A DNA stretch of 64,000 nucleotides from an uncultured Oscillospiraceae bacterium (GTDB lineage: Bacteria; Bacillota; Clostridia; Oscillospirales; Acutalibacteraceae). How positions within the stretch are numbered: the first letter of the stretch is position 1; every line of letters starts with the position of its first letter. A program made the translations under genes and the position numbers. The stretch covers positions 2,852 through 66,851 of the forward strand of contig CASDTR010000003.1 of assembly GCA_949283785.1 (NCBI GenBank). The letters are read 5' to 3'. Positions 35,623 through 44,811 of this stretch are shown one piece after another. The notes beneath the pieces are model-generated. The model was not told the origin of the DNA. It ran no database searches and worked only from the letters and a program-made list of their open reading frames with translations.

Positions 35623-35901
35623 AAAACTTCTCCTTACCCTGAGGTTTTAAAATGCGCCGATTCTGATATGCAAAAAGCATTTCCGCAGCCATATCATACC
35701 CTCGGCGTCCCGTTTTGCCTTTATTTTAGCATATGACAATTAATTTTTCACTGTTCACAATGACGAGAATACAGGGTTCATTTTTTACACTTTGACACCG
35801 GACAGACAAACATATACGACGAAAGAAATTATTATCCAAAAAAATTCATAATACAAATCCGAAGTCAACAAATATTCTCTGTTGAACCCCGGATTTCTTT
35901 A

Positions 35902-38142
35902 TCACTTTTTATGTAAAACTGTTTTCGCGTTTGCACGATATACGCAGACCGGTTTAAAGAACATATCCGCTGACGAAATATTTTTCAAATTTGCGCCGCA
36001 GGTTATTTCTTTGTTTCCAACGCTTAAAACAATATCACGTTCTCGAAATCCCGCCAGAAAAAGCAAACCTGTTCTTTTCACATATACTCCTGAAAATGAG
36101 GAAAATGCTGTAGAAGACTTTATTTCCTGAGTGATGTCGGAAATCCGAGCGCCTAAAATTGATGTTGTTTTTTTATCGGCCGGTCCGGCAGGTATATAAA
36201 AATACTCCTTCGGTTTTTTGCTGTTCTTTTTTCCGTAAATGCTTTCGTCAAAATCTTTTAAACCATATTTTTGCCTGAGCATGGTCAATATTTCCGATAC
36301 GGTTTTTTTATCCGAAAACTTTTCCGTTTTGTTCTGTGATGACAGGAACCTCTGTACTCCTTCGCCGTCCGGAGTAAGGAATATATTATTACAGATTTTC
36401 GACTCGGATTTTAAAAATCTTTTCCTGTCCCCTCCTGCAAACATCACCGGATTTCGGCACACGATAAAATTATCGTGAACTCCATCCCTGCTCATTGCAT
36501 AGGGCACATGAATATTAAGGGAACCGCCTATCAAAACATTTCCCCATACGCGGCGGTTAAATCCTTCACGAAGCTTTATGCCTATACCGACACAAAGGTT
36601 ATTGTATATGGCATAATTTGATGAACCGTCATCAAGGTCAATGCCCCAGCTGCGGGGAGAATCAGCGCTGTGACTGAATCGGTTATGGTGAATCGTGATT
36701 TCGCCTAAAGAATCGATTTTTGTAAGGTCATAGACTTTTCCGTTCTTTTTATACTGTCGGATTTTCTCTCCGTATTTGCCCCCTGCGTTATATTTCGGCA
36801 CACTCCAGAAACGGTCTCGGCCCCACGAATTAAAAGGACCGTGATCCTGAGTTTCACGCTGAGAATCGAATATATCGTTATAAGCTATCTCATGGCCGCC
36901 GAAAGTTCCGTCGTTTACGTTTATATTTGAGCGTGCGCTTTTGCAGATAGTATTGTGCAAAATTTTAACGTTATAGCACACAGACAGATTTATTCCTGAC
37001 GACTGTTTTTCATATATTCCCACATTTTCAATGAAGTTATTTTCTATAAAAACATCCCTCGGATATTCCTCTGAGGCAGGGCCTGTCTTTTCGGGATGCT
37101 CCACTTTGGTTCGATGCACGGGAAGATCGGCATGCATATCATTTTCCCAAAACGACGGTTCATAAACCGCTGAGGCTGAACCTGCAACCTGAATCGCCGT
37201 AGAACCGATATTCAAAAAGCGGCATCCTGTAATCCTGTGTCCTTTTCCGTAACCTCCTATATATATTCCGTTGGAACCGATATTTTTAAAAGAACAGTTT
37301 TCAAAGGTAATGTTTTCGCTGTCGGCAACAGATACCGCACCGACAGGCATAATGCACCAGTCACCTCTTAAAAGAGGACGGTACCGTTTATCTTTTTCAA
37401 ACATACTTCTCTTTGTTTCACAGAATATAACATTCTCAAATTTTATATCGTTTGCTCCCTTTATTTTAAAAAGCTCACTTAAAACTCCTAAATGAAATAC
37501 ACCGTTTAAATCATCTTCACTTGCCGGTTTAAAATAAAGATACCCCTCCTGTGCAGAATAGTACCATTCCTTTTCATGGTCCAGCTCTTCAAAAACATTC
37601 TCCACGACAAGTTCGTTTCCGAATCCGCTTCCCCTGTTGTTGTCACCTATCCACCGAAGTTTAAGTCCTACAGGTGAAGAACGGTCTTTTCCCTCGATAA
37701 AATAGGAATTACCGCCCCAGCCTGCTTCGTGCATGGCTCTTACAAAACCTCCGACGGGATCTTTGTAATTTTTTGTCCGCTCTCTTATTTCCTTTGCCGC
37801 AGCAGTTCCGCCGAGCGGCAGCACATTTTCACGATAATTTGGATACCTTGCAAGAATCATGGCTTCGCCGTTCAAAAACAGCATATCTGGATTTAAGCAT
37901 TTAAATGTCTCAGTACGGTATATGCCATTTCCGATTTGTTCCCAAAACGGGGAATCAATTTCTATACAGCCGCAAATTTCAGCTCCCTCTTCGCAGCATA
38001 TGGTAACGCCGCTGTTTTCCGCTCCCAATTCCACTGTTTTTTCTAAAAAATGAACGCCTTTCTTTAATATCACTTTTCCGTTTTCTGCTTTTCTTACGGC
38101 ACTTTTGATACTTTCACCCGGGACTACATAAATTTCAGCCAT
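35902..38142 (-). CDS. large right-handed beta-helix protein, probable carbohydrate-active enzyme (family unassigned)
   Basis: Beta-helix repeats are present (ITFENCSFKNIGSNGIYIGG, ITGCRFLNIGSTAIQV, VFIENNFIENVG, VKILHNTI). I moved the start to ATG 38142 behind AGAGGAAGAG. It looks lower in G+C than the neighbouring GH31 gene: I counted 24/60 on line 36901-36960. Confidence 0.55.
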   Translation of the reverse strand: MAEIYVVPGESIKSAVRKAENGKVILKKGVHFLEKTVELGAENSGVTICCEEGAEICGCIEIDSPFWEQIGNGIYRTETFKCLNPDMLFLNGEAMILARYPNYRENVLPLGGTAAAKEIRERTKNYKDPVGGFVRAMHEAGWGGNSYFIEGKDRSSPVGLKLRWIGDNNRGSGFGNELVVENVFEELDHEKEWYYSAQEGYLYFKPASEDDLNGVFHLGVLSELFKIKGANDIKFENVIFCETKRSMFEKDKRYRPLLRGDWCIMPVGAVSVADSENITFENCSFKNIGSNGIYIGGYGKGHRITGCRFLNIGSTAIQVAGSASAVYEPSFWENDMHADLPVHRTKVEHPEKTGPASEEYPRDVFIENNFIENVGIYEKQSSGINLSVCYNVKILHNTICKSARSNINVNDGTFGGHEIAYNDIFDSQRETQDHGPFNSWGRDRFWSVPKYNAGGKYGEKIRQYKKNGKVYDLTKIDSLGEITIHHNRFSHSADSPRSWGIDLDDGSSNYAIYNNLCVGIGIKLREGFNRRVWGNVLIGGSLNIHVPYAMSRDGVHDNFIVCRNPVMFAGGDRKRFLKSESKICNNIFLTPDGEGVQRFLSSQNKTEKFSDKKTVSEILTMLRQKYGLKDFDESIYGKKNSKKPKEYFYIPAGPADKKTTSILGARISDITQEIKSSTAFSSFSGVYVKRTGLLFLAGFRERDIVLSVGNKEITCGANLKNISSADMFFKPVCVYRANAKTVLHKK

Positions 38143-38159
38143 TTCTCTTCCTCTTTTCT

Positions 38160-39263
38160 TCACAATATCATTTCGCCTATAATCGCATTGGAGAGCAAAA
38201 AGCCGTCGGGAGAAAGATTTATTCCCTCATCTGTAATATTTAGAAGCCCCGTTTTTTCAAACTTTTCAGCGACCTCATATACTTTTTCGGGAATCCCGAA
38301 TCCAAAACGTCTGAGAGTTTCAGACTCTTTCAGTCCTTCTTTCAGCCGCAGGGCAAGCATGGCGTATTCCTCAAAATCGCCGCCCTCGCCGTCCGAAACG
38401 ATTTCAGGAGCACGGATAAATTTTTCCGTATCCCTCGGATAAAAGAACCTCTTTCCGTCCATGAACGAATGTGCTGAGGGACCGATGCCGAGATACTCCT
38501 CACATCTCCAGTATTTGAGATTGTGAAGGCTCTCTTTTCCCTTTACGGCAAAATTGGAAACCTCATACTGCTCTATGCCCGCTTTTCCGAAGGTCTCGCA
38601 CATTTGAAGATACATGTCGCACACGGCGTCCTCATCGGGCAGAGGAAGACTTTCCCTCATATTATAAAAAGGCGTACCCTCCTCTATTTTCAGCATATAT
38701 CCGCTGATATGGGGCACTCCCGCCTCAATACACGCACTCAGGCTCTGTGAAAAGCTTTGCATCGTCTGCAAAGGGATACCCAGCATCAAGTCGAGGGAAA
38801 CATTCTCGATGCCCGCTCTTTCCGCCTCTTCAACTCTTTTAAGTACATCTTTTCCGCTGCCGCGGCGTCCGAGTATTTTTCTCTCCCCGTCCACAAAAGA
38901 CTGCATACCCATAGAGATACGGTTAAATCCGCTTTCGGCAATATCGGAGAAAAACGCTCTGTCCGACGAGGAGGGATTGCATTCCGCCGTGATTTCTCCG
39001 TCGGCGGCAGGGCTGAAATATTTGCATATCTCCTCAAAAATCCTGTTCAGCCTTTTAGCTCCGAGAACCGACGGAGTTCCGCCGCCGAAATAAACCGTAT
39101 CTGCGCAGAAGCTGTAATCCTCGCTCTTCCTTTTTATCTCACGGCAGAGTGCGGAAACATAGGCATCCTTTCCCTCCTCGTCGGTGCGGAAAGAATAAAA
39201 ATCACAATACGGACATTTACCGTCACAAAAGGGAATGTGTATATAAAGTCCTGCCTTTTTCAC
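38160..39263 (-). CDS. hemW: radical SAM heme chaperone HemW (oxygen-independent coproporphyrinogen oxidase-like)
   Basis: It has the radical-SAM motif LYIHIPFCDGKCPYCDFYS, HemN-like length (367 aa) and a HemN_C-type tail. Confidence 0.88.
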   Translation of the reverse strand: MKKAGLYIHIPFCDGKCPYCDFYSFRTDEEGKDAYVSALCREIKRKSEDYSFCADTVYFGGGTPSVLGAKRLNRIFEEICKYFSPAADGEITAECNPSSSDRAFFSDIAESGFNRISMGMQSFVDGERKILGRRGSGKDVLKRVEEAERAGIENVSLDLMLGIPLQTMQSFSQSLSACIEAGVPHISGYMLKIEEGTPFYNMRESLPLPDEDAVCDMYLQMCETFGKAGIEQYEVSNFAVKGKESLHNLKYWRCEEYLGIGPSAHSFMDGKRFFYPRDTEKFIRAPEIVSDGEGGDFEEYAMLALRLKEGLKESETLRRFGFGIPEKVYEVAEKFEKTGLLNITDEGINLSPDGFLLSNAIIGEMIL

Positions 39264-39352
39264 CTGTTTGCTCCTTTACTTTAACTGTGAAATATTGTAT
39301 CATAACAGTGTTACGATTTAAAGAAAAAGGTGAAAATGTGAAAGATAAATCA

Positions 39353-40183
39353 ATGAAAATAGAAAAATACCGTATGTGGTTCAGCGACCTTAAAGGCACC
39401 GCCGAGCTGCTGCGGGAAAAATCCTGCGAAGGCTGGCATATAAGCGAAATAGATGTTTCGGAGGGAAAATTTACTTACAAAAAGTGGGAACCCAAAAATT
39501 ACTGCTATGAATTCTCCGTAAACGGTATTTGCGAAAATCTTGCAGTTTACGATGAAAATTCAGGCTTTGAGAAGGTCCTGGAGGACAGCGGACTTACCCT
39601 TTACAGGCGTGAGGAGGAAAGTCCCGAAAGCCTTGAAGCCGTAAAAAAGAGCTTCGGCTCCAACAGTACAGAAGAAGAGGAAAAATGGCTAAGCGAGCAG
39701 GCGGCGGAGGGATATTTCCTTTTAAGATGCAGCAGACCAGAATACACCTTCTTTATGTGCGAAAAGAGCACGGCGCAGTTTAAAGCCGACTACGCCCCGA
39801 AGGTCGAAAACCCCAAAGATTATCTTGAAAAATTTAAAAATGCAGGCTGGGAATATGTATGGGGCAGCAACGGATATCACTATTTCTGCACTGAGACCCC
39901 CGAAGCCGTGGATCCGTCGGTATTCAACAGCGAAAAAAATGCTGAGGATATTCTGAAGGATAAGAAAAGGCAGATAAGCGGTATTTTGGGCATGGCTCTT
40001 TTCGGTCTTGCCGCATCCTTTTTAAAGCTTTACCTTGACGTTTCCGCTTACTCCGAGGCTACTCAGGAGCTCCTCCAAAAGGTTGGCAGAAGCGTTGCCA
40101 TGGATCTTATCGCGGCCGCGATATGCGGAGTATTTGTAATCGGAAGCATAATCGCGTATCTGAAAGCAAAGCACAATAAATAA
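39353..40183 (+). CDS. DUF2812-like membrane protein (two DUF2812-type repeats + C-terminal TM helices)
   Basis: Two segments fit the DUF2812 pattern (LREKSCEGWHISEID; WLSEQAAEGYFLLRCS). The C-terminal TM helices are ILGMALFGLAASFLKLYL and LIAAAICGVFVIGSIIAYL. I moved the start to ATG 39353 (GTG 39338 is also possible). The track's 39149 start would overlap hemW. Confidence 0.55.
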   Translation: MKIEKYRMWFSDLKGTAELLREKSCEGWHISEIDVSEGKFTYKKWEPKNYCYEFSVNGICENLAVYDENSGFEKVLEDSGLTLYRREEESPESLEAVKKSFGSNSTEEEEKWLSEQAAEGYFLLRCSRPEYTFFMCEKSTAQFKADYAPKVENPKDYLEKFKNAGWEYVWGSNGYHYFCTETPEAVDPSVFNSEKNAEDILKDKKRQISGILGMALFGLAASFLKLYLDVSAYSEATQELLQKVGRSVAMDLIAAAICGVFVIGSIIAYLKAKHNK

Positions 40184-40188
40184 AGATA

Positions 40189-40221
40189 AAAGTCTCAAAT
40201 CCTCAGATTTGAGACTTTTTA
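40189..40221. terminator. bidirectional intrinsic terminator (DUF2812 gene on +, 83-aa gene on -)
   Basis: The stem agtctcaaatc (40191-40201) / gatttgagact (40206-40216) is flanked by A-rich and T-rich tracts. Confidence 0.75.
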
Positions 40222-40237
40222 ATTTGTATGTTCAGTT

Positions 40238-40489
40238 TTATCCTTTCAGGCCCTTTGCCTGTCTGCTCATATCTTCAATTACTATATCGTAAATTTCTCC
40301 GAGAGAGGCGCAGTATTCCAAAACCTTCCAAGGTTCATTAGTATGGAAATGTATCTTTATCAAGCTTTCATCTCCTACTGCAAGCAAACAGTCACCTTTA
40401 AAATTAGAAATAAAATAATCGTTTACAGCCTCTTCATCGAGGTTTTCTCCCTCAATAAGCAACTGGGTATCGTATTTATATTCCGCCAT
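40238..40489 (-). CDS. stand-alone 83-aa protein resembling the central domain of FakA/YloV (DAK2 fusion kinase)
   Basis: The segment GDCLLAVGDESLIKIHFHTNEPWKVLEYCASLGEIYDIVIEDMSRQ matches the pattern GDSlvvvgd..l.KvHvHTn.Pg.vl..a...G.l..i.i.NM..Q that I recall from YloV/FakA. It has its own promoter, RBS (AAGGAG) and terminator. Confidence 0.5.
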   Translation of the reverse strand: MAEYKYDTQLLIEGENLDEEAVNDYFISNFKGDCLLAVGDESLIKIHFHTNEPWKVLEYCASLGEIYDIVIEDMSRQAKGLKG

Positions 40490-40521
40490 TTTTTCTGCTC
40501 CTTTTTAATTTATGCCACTGA

Positions 40522-40550
40522 ATTATACCATTATTTTCTGCTGACAACAA
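40522..40550 (-). promoter_or_regulatory. sigma-A-type promoter of the 83-aa gene
   Basis: The minus strand reads TTGTTG-17 nt-TATAAT, with a TGG extension (tggTATAAT). Confidence 0.5.
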
Positions 40551-40652
40551 TCATAAACTACTAAACTGTAAAGCTGTGCTTATAATTTGAGCTCAGCTTT
40601 TTACCGTCACTCCGCTCCGATTTGCCTATCTTTTCGGAGACGAATCTTAAAC

Positions 40653-41597
40653 TTAATCAGAGTTTTCAGCTGAACCGTCAAATACGGTCTCCACCACCTT
40701 GGGGCAGCATTCCGGCGAATAAACCCAGCGGTCAATATGCTCCGCCTGCGTAAAATACGGGGTTTCCCGTTTCGGCATCTCACCGTCAAAGGCATCCACT
40801 ATTATGAGCTTTATCTTCATCTTCTCAGGTATCATGCTTTTAATGTAAACACCGGCGCATTGTCCCGGTTCGATATCCTCCGAATATTCGGCAAGTCCCG
40901 CAAGATTCGGGGCAAGCTCTACAAAAATACCGTATTTCTCTACGCTTCTCACGATTCCGGGAACCGTCTCTCCGGGTGAAAACATGCCGGCGTTCTGTTC
41001 CCATGTCCCGAGAAGTTCTTTATGGCTGAGTGTTATTCTGTAATTTTCATCAATGCTTTTTACAACGGCTTTGATGTTATCGCCGGGCGAAAATCGCTGT
41101 GAGGGATGTGGGATACGCGATACGGAGATACTGTCAACGGGAAGCAGAGCGCTTATTCCAGCTCCGATATCCACAAAAGCTCCGAAGCTTTCCATATGCG
41201 TCACTTTTGCATCTATGACGTCGCCGGATCTCAGATTCTTTATCTCTTCCATGCATCTTTCCTGTACCTGCCTTCGGCTCAAAACCGCATATGTTCTGCC
41301 GAGTTCGTCGTTTTCAAAACCTGTTATCACAAAGATAACGGGTTTATTTACTCTCGAAATAATCGCTATGTCCCTTACCGCTCCTTCAGCTATGCCTATG
41401 GCTCCTTCCTCTCTGGGAATGACGCCTTTCATAAGTCCCAAATCCACATGAAGATTGTGGTTCCTGTCGCACAGCACCGCTCTGGCCTCTATGGCTTTCC
41501 CCGTTCGAAAGCTTTCCTTAATGGCTGAAAGGCTTGAAAGCGCATTTTTGTTTTCCGAGGTGTTTAAAATCCACCCCTCAGGCTTATATGTTTTCAT
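40653..41597 (-). CDS. S1 RNA-binding-domain protein (three S1-like repeats)
   Basis: S1-type OB-fold repeats recur (GDVIDAKVTHMESFGAFVDIG; GETVPGIVRSVEKYGIFVELAPNLAGL). It is 314 aa. AGGAGG lies upstream of the ATG. Confidence 0.75.
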   Translation of the reverse strand: MKTYKPEGWILNTSENKNALSSLSAIKESFRTGKAIEARAVLCDRNHNLHVDLGLMKGVIPREEGAIGIAEGAVRDIAIISRVNKPVIFVITGFENDELGRTYAVLSRRQVQERCMEEIKNLRSGDVIDAKVTHMESFGAFVDIGAGISALLPVDSISVSRIPHPSQRFSPGDNIKAVVKSIDENYRITLSHKELLGTWEQNAGMFSPGETVPGIVRSVEKYGIFVELAPNLAGLAEYSEDIEPGQCAGVYIKSMIPEKMKIKLIIVDAFDGEMPKRETPYFTQAEHIDRWVYSPECCPKVVETVFDGSAENSD

Positions 41598-41681
41598 CTC
41601 TTGCCTCCTGTTTTTTCATCCTTAAACTATTATCGCTAAAAAATAATATGCGCATTTCTTCCGCCAAATACCACATAAAAG

Positions 41682-41714
41682 AAAAAACGATCGGATTTCT
41701 CCGATCGTTTTTTC
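41682..41714. terminator. symmetric intrinsic terminator in the S1-gene / putP intergenic region
   Basis: The stem acgatcgg (41687-41694) / ccgatcgt (41701-41708) is extended by A6/T6 runs on both sides. No annotated gene ends here. Confidence 0.65.
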
Positions 41715-41810
41715 TTAAATTGAGGGGTTGCTTTGAGGAGGGGTAAGAGCTGTACTCATTTTTACAGGATACTCGGTGCGGCTCCTTTCTCCCTGAGTAC
41801 ATATATATAA
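41715..41810 (-). ncRNA. candidate small RNA or 5' leader with C-rich (anti-SD-like) single-stranded motifs, ending at the 41682-41714 terminator
   Basis: The minus-strand RNA reads GUACUC-(20 nt)-GAGUAU, then CUGUA-AAAAUGAG-UACAG, then CUCUUACCCCUCCUCAAAGCAACCCCUCAAUUUAAG, then the terminator. I could not find a convincing promoter, and no known family was recognised. Confidence 0.3.
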
Positions 41811-41997
41811 TAACCGATGTTTATTTTTGTTTTGTTACTGTCATATGAACATTCCTTTAACTTTTGGAAACAAAATAGTGACAATAGGTTTCAATTCTAT
41901 TATCGCTTTAAAAACCCGCATAACTTAATATAATGTCACATACATAAGGATAATTTTGACAAAAAACCATTTTTTTCTTATTCTCTTTTGTTTGGTA

Positions 41998-42026
41998 TTG
42001 CGTTAAAGTGCGAAAAATAGTATAAT
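41998..42026 (+). promoter_or_regulatory. sigma-A-type promoter of putP
   Basis: TTGCGT (41998-42003), 17 nt, then TATAAT (42021-42026). A second candidate, TTGACA-17-TATTCT, lies at 41956-41984. Confidence 0.55.
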
Positions 42027-42063
42027 ATTTTTTATCATATTTTTACTTTGAGGAGTGTTTTTT

Positions 42064-43584
42064 TTGAGTAATAACCTTTGGATTTTACTGGCCTTCGGCG
42101 CTTACCTTGCGCTTATGATGGCAATCGGCGTATACTCAATGAAGAGATCAAAAACTTCCGAGGACTATTTCCTCGGCGGCAGAAGTCTCTCCGGCTGGGT
42201 CGCCGCAATGAGCGCCCAGGCTTCCGATATGAGCGGCTGGCTGCTCATGGGCCTTCCCGGAGCAATTTACGCTTTGGGAACAGGACAGATTTGGATAGCA
42301 GTAGGTCTCGCGATCGGTACTATTCTTAACTGGACACTGGTTTCTTCCCGCCTTCGCAGATACACCGAAAAGTGCGGAAACTCCCTTACCCTTCCCGAAT
42401 TTTTCGAAAACCGCTTCGAAGATAAGTCAAGGGTACTGCGTGTAGCATCTTCCATTTTCATCATGATTTTCTTTTTGGTCTACACAGCTTCCGGCTTCTC
42501 GGCAGGAGCTTCCCTTTTCTCCTCCGTTTTCGGAATCGACTATACGGTAGCCCTTCTCATAGGCGCAGCCGTAATCCTTATCTACACCTTTCTCGGCGGA
42601 TTCCTGGCTGTTTGCTGGACCGACTTCGTACAGGGCTTCATGATGATAATCTCCCTTATGGTCGTTCCCTTCATCGCTATAAAAATGATCGGCGGAATGG
42701 ATGCTACAACCGATATTCTTAACGGCATGGGCACCAACTTTCTCAACCCCGCATACAGCGGCGGAGAAAAGCTCGGCTTCATCGACATAATCTCTCAGAT
42801 AGCCTGGGCTCTCGGATACTTCGGAATGCCCCACATCCTTGTCCGCTTTATGGCTATCAAGGACAATAGAGAACTTAAAAAGTCAAGAATCATCGCCATA
42901 ATCTGGGTCATAATCTCCCTTTCCGTTGCCTGCTTCCTCGGAATTATCGGCAAAGCCTTCTTTGTTGATGCTCCTCTTACAGGCAATGAAACAGAAAACG
43001 TATTCATCGACATGATCACAGAAATATTCTCCTCACGTCTTGGCCTTCCCTTCATCGGCGGAATAATCCTCTGCGGTATCCTTGCCGCTATTATGTCCAC
43101 TGCCGACTCACAGCTTCTCGTTACCGCTTCTGCGATTTCCGAGGACCTTTACAAAGGCGTTATCAAGAAGGACGCAAGCGACAAGAGCATGCTCAGAGTG
43201 AGCCGAGTTGTAGTTATAGTTGTTTCGGTCGTCGCTTTCATAATTGCCCTCAATCCCGACAACGGCATTATGGATCTGGTTTCCAACGCCTGGTCAGGCT
43301 TCGGTTCCGCTTTCGGCCCCGTGGTGCTTATGGCCATCTTCTGGCGACGCACTACGAGAACAGGCGCTGCTGTCGGTATGATAGGCGGAGGCCTTACCGT
43401 GATCCTCTGGGACTACATCCCCTTCGGTGGACAGACCATTGCCGATATGACTGGCCTCTATTCTCTGGCCCCCGGATTCGCTATCGGACTGATCCTTATT
43501 ATCGTTGTAAGCCTCTTCACTGCAAAGCCCTCCGAGAAAATGCTTGAGCTCTTTGACGAGGTAGAAAAGAATAAGGAGTTTTAA
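42064..43584 (+). CDS. putP: sodium:proline symporter (SSS family)
   Basis: This is an SSS-family 13-TM protein with a PutP-like N-terminus (SEDYFLGGRSLSGWVAAMSAQASDMSGWLLMGLPG). I moved the start to TTG 42064, 8 nt after AGGAG (42051-42055). Confidence 0.88.
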   Translation: MSNNLWILLAFGAYLALMMAIGVYSMKRSKTSEDYFLGGRSLSGWVAAMSAQASDMSGWLLMGLPGAIYALGTGQIWIAVGLAIGTILNWTLVSSRLRRYTEKCGNSLTLPEFFENRFEDKSRVLRVASSIFIMIFFLVYTASGFSAGASLFSSVFGIDYTVALLIGAAVILIYTFLGGFLAVCWTDFVQGFMMIISLMVVPFIAIKMIGGMDATTDILNGMGTNFLNPAYSGGEKLGFIDIISQIAWALGYFGMPHILVRFMAIKDNRELKKSRIIAIIWVIISLSVACFLGIIGKAFFVDAPLTGNETENVFIDMITEIFSSRLGLPFIGGIILCGILAAIMSTADSQLLVTASAISEDLYKGVIKKDASDKSMLRVSRVVVIVVSVVAFIIALNPDNGIMDLVSNAWSGFGSAFGPVVLMAIFWRRTTRTGAAVGMIGGGLTVILWDYIPFGGQTIADMTGLYSLAPGFAIGLILIIVVSLFTAKPSEKMLELFDEVEKNKEF

Positions 43585-43840
43585 ACAAAACTGTTCACAA
43601 ACATAATTGCAGTAGGATTACATCAAAGCTATCTTTTACTGACGTTTTTGAAACCTCAACTGAAATTGTAGCGAATCGCATATACTTCTACCCGTAAACG
43701 GTTGCTATACCGTTATTTGTTAAATGTTTTCCTTCTCTTTCTTCAAACGGAAAGAATATTGCAGACTTTTTTGTCTTTCAAGTTTTGGCATTTTTCAAGT
43801 ACCAAACAGGCATAAACGGTTTTCATTTCTTTATTAAAAC

Positions 43841-43873
43841 ACAAAAGCGGGACTGGACTGTCCCGCTTTTGTG
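43841..43873. terminator. bidirectional intrinsic terminator (putP on +, M48 peptidase on -)
   Basis: The stem aaaagcgggac (43843-43853) / gtcccgctttt (43860-43870) has loop tggact. Confidence 0.75.
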
Positions 43874-43905
43874 TTAATCAAAATAAATTCGCTTTTATCT
43901 TTTAA

Positions 43906-44811
43906 TTAAAACGAATGAACGCTATTGTACTTACAGCCAAGTTGCTTAAGATAAGCAATTCTTTTATCGCTGTCAGGATGAGAAGAATTAAGAGCAGCCC
44001 ATAATCCTTTAGTCTTTGACGGTTCAAGTGTATCAAGGAATTCGCAGAGATATTCTCCATATCCAAGCTCATAAGAATATTGATCTGCAAGCTTTTCATT
44101 CTTTCTTGCAGAGTGGAGACAAAGAAGAACGCCGAGTTTAGTCCATATCTTCATCGCCAACACCAAAATGAAATCTATGCAAACACGATAAATCAAGCCT
44201 ACAACAACTCCCGCAATGCTATCAGAAACAATTCCTATAACAAACGACATAATTGTTGTAACTACATTAAATAAAAATCTCCAAACAACAAACATGCCTG
44301 TTACTAAAAGATTTCCTACCTCAATTATAAGTATTGCATCCGTATCTTTATGGGCGAGATGACCGAACTCATGAGCAAGCACTGCTTTTATTTCAGAATC
44401 AGAACATTCAAGAAGGCCCTCAGTTATACATACAGTTCTTCTGCCCGTTGCAAAAGCGTTTGGTTCATCTTCATAATTTATATAGAACTGCACATTATCG
44501 GGAATTTCCGGATTTTTCTTTTTGGCTTTTTCATAAACCTCTGTAAAAATCGGTGTAAGGCGATTCAAATATTCTTGATTCGTTATTTTTTTGCACTTAC
44601 ACTGATATCTGAGGATTGCTTCGCCAACAGGTGAAAGTGTAATAGCCAAAAGTAAAATGTAAACTACAAATCCCAAACAAAAAGACCACCACTCTTCACC
44701 AAAAAGTGAACCTAAAACAACAGTCACGATAAACGTATTCAAAATCAACCAAATTATTACTCCAATATTATTTTTTTTGAATACATTTTTAAAGAAATCA
44801 ATAAAGTACAT
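43906..44811 (-). CDS. M48-family (HtpX-like) integral membrane zinc metallopeptidase
   Basis: It has the HEXXH motif (LAHEFGHLAHKD), several TM helices and a C-terminal SHPDSDKRI motif typical of M48. I moved the start to ATG 44811 behind GAGGAGGG. The gene is AT-rich. Confidence 0.8.
   Translation of the reverse strand: MYFIDFFKNVFKKNNIGVIIWLILNTFIVTVVLGSLFGEEWWSFCLGFVVYILLLAITLSPVGEAILRYQCKCKKITNQEYLNRLTPIFTEVYEKAKKKNPEIPDNVQFYINYEDEPNAFATGRRTVCITEGLLECSDSEIKAVLAHEFGHLAHKDTDAILIIEVGNLLVTGMFVVWRFLFNVVTTIMSFVIGIVSDSIAGVVVGLIYRVCIDFILVLAMKIWTKLGVLLCLHSARKNEKLADQYSYELGYGEYLCEFLDTLEPSKTKGLWAALNSSHPDSDKRIAYLKQLGCKYNSVHSF

Noticed and set aside
39149-39352. A 68-codon N-terminal extension of the DUF2812-like ORF, overlapping hemW on the opposite strand.
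   Set aside because: It would place the start inside hemW coding sequence. The extension has no RBS and is basic low-complexity sequence. DUF2812-like sequence begins at the Met at 39353.
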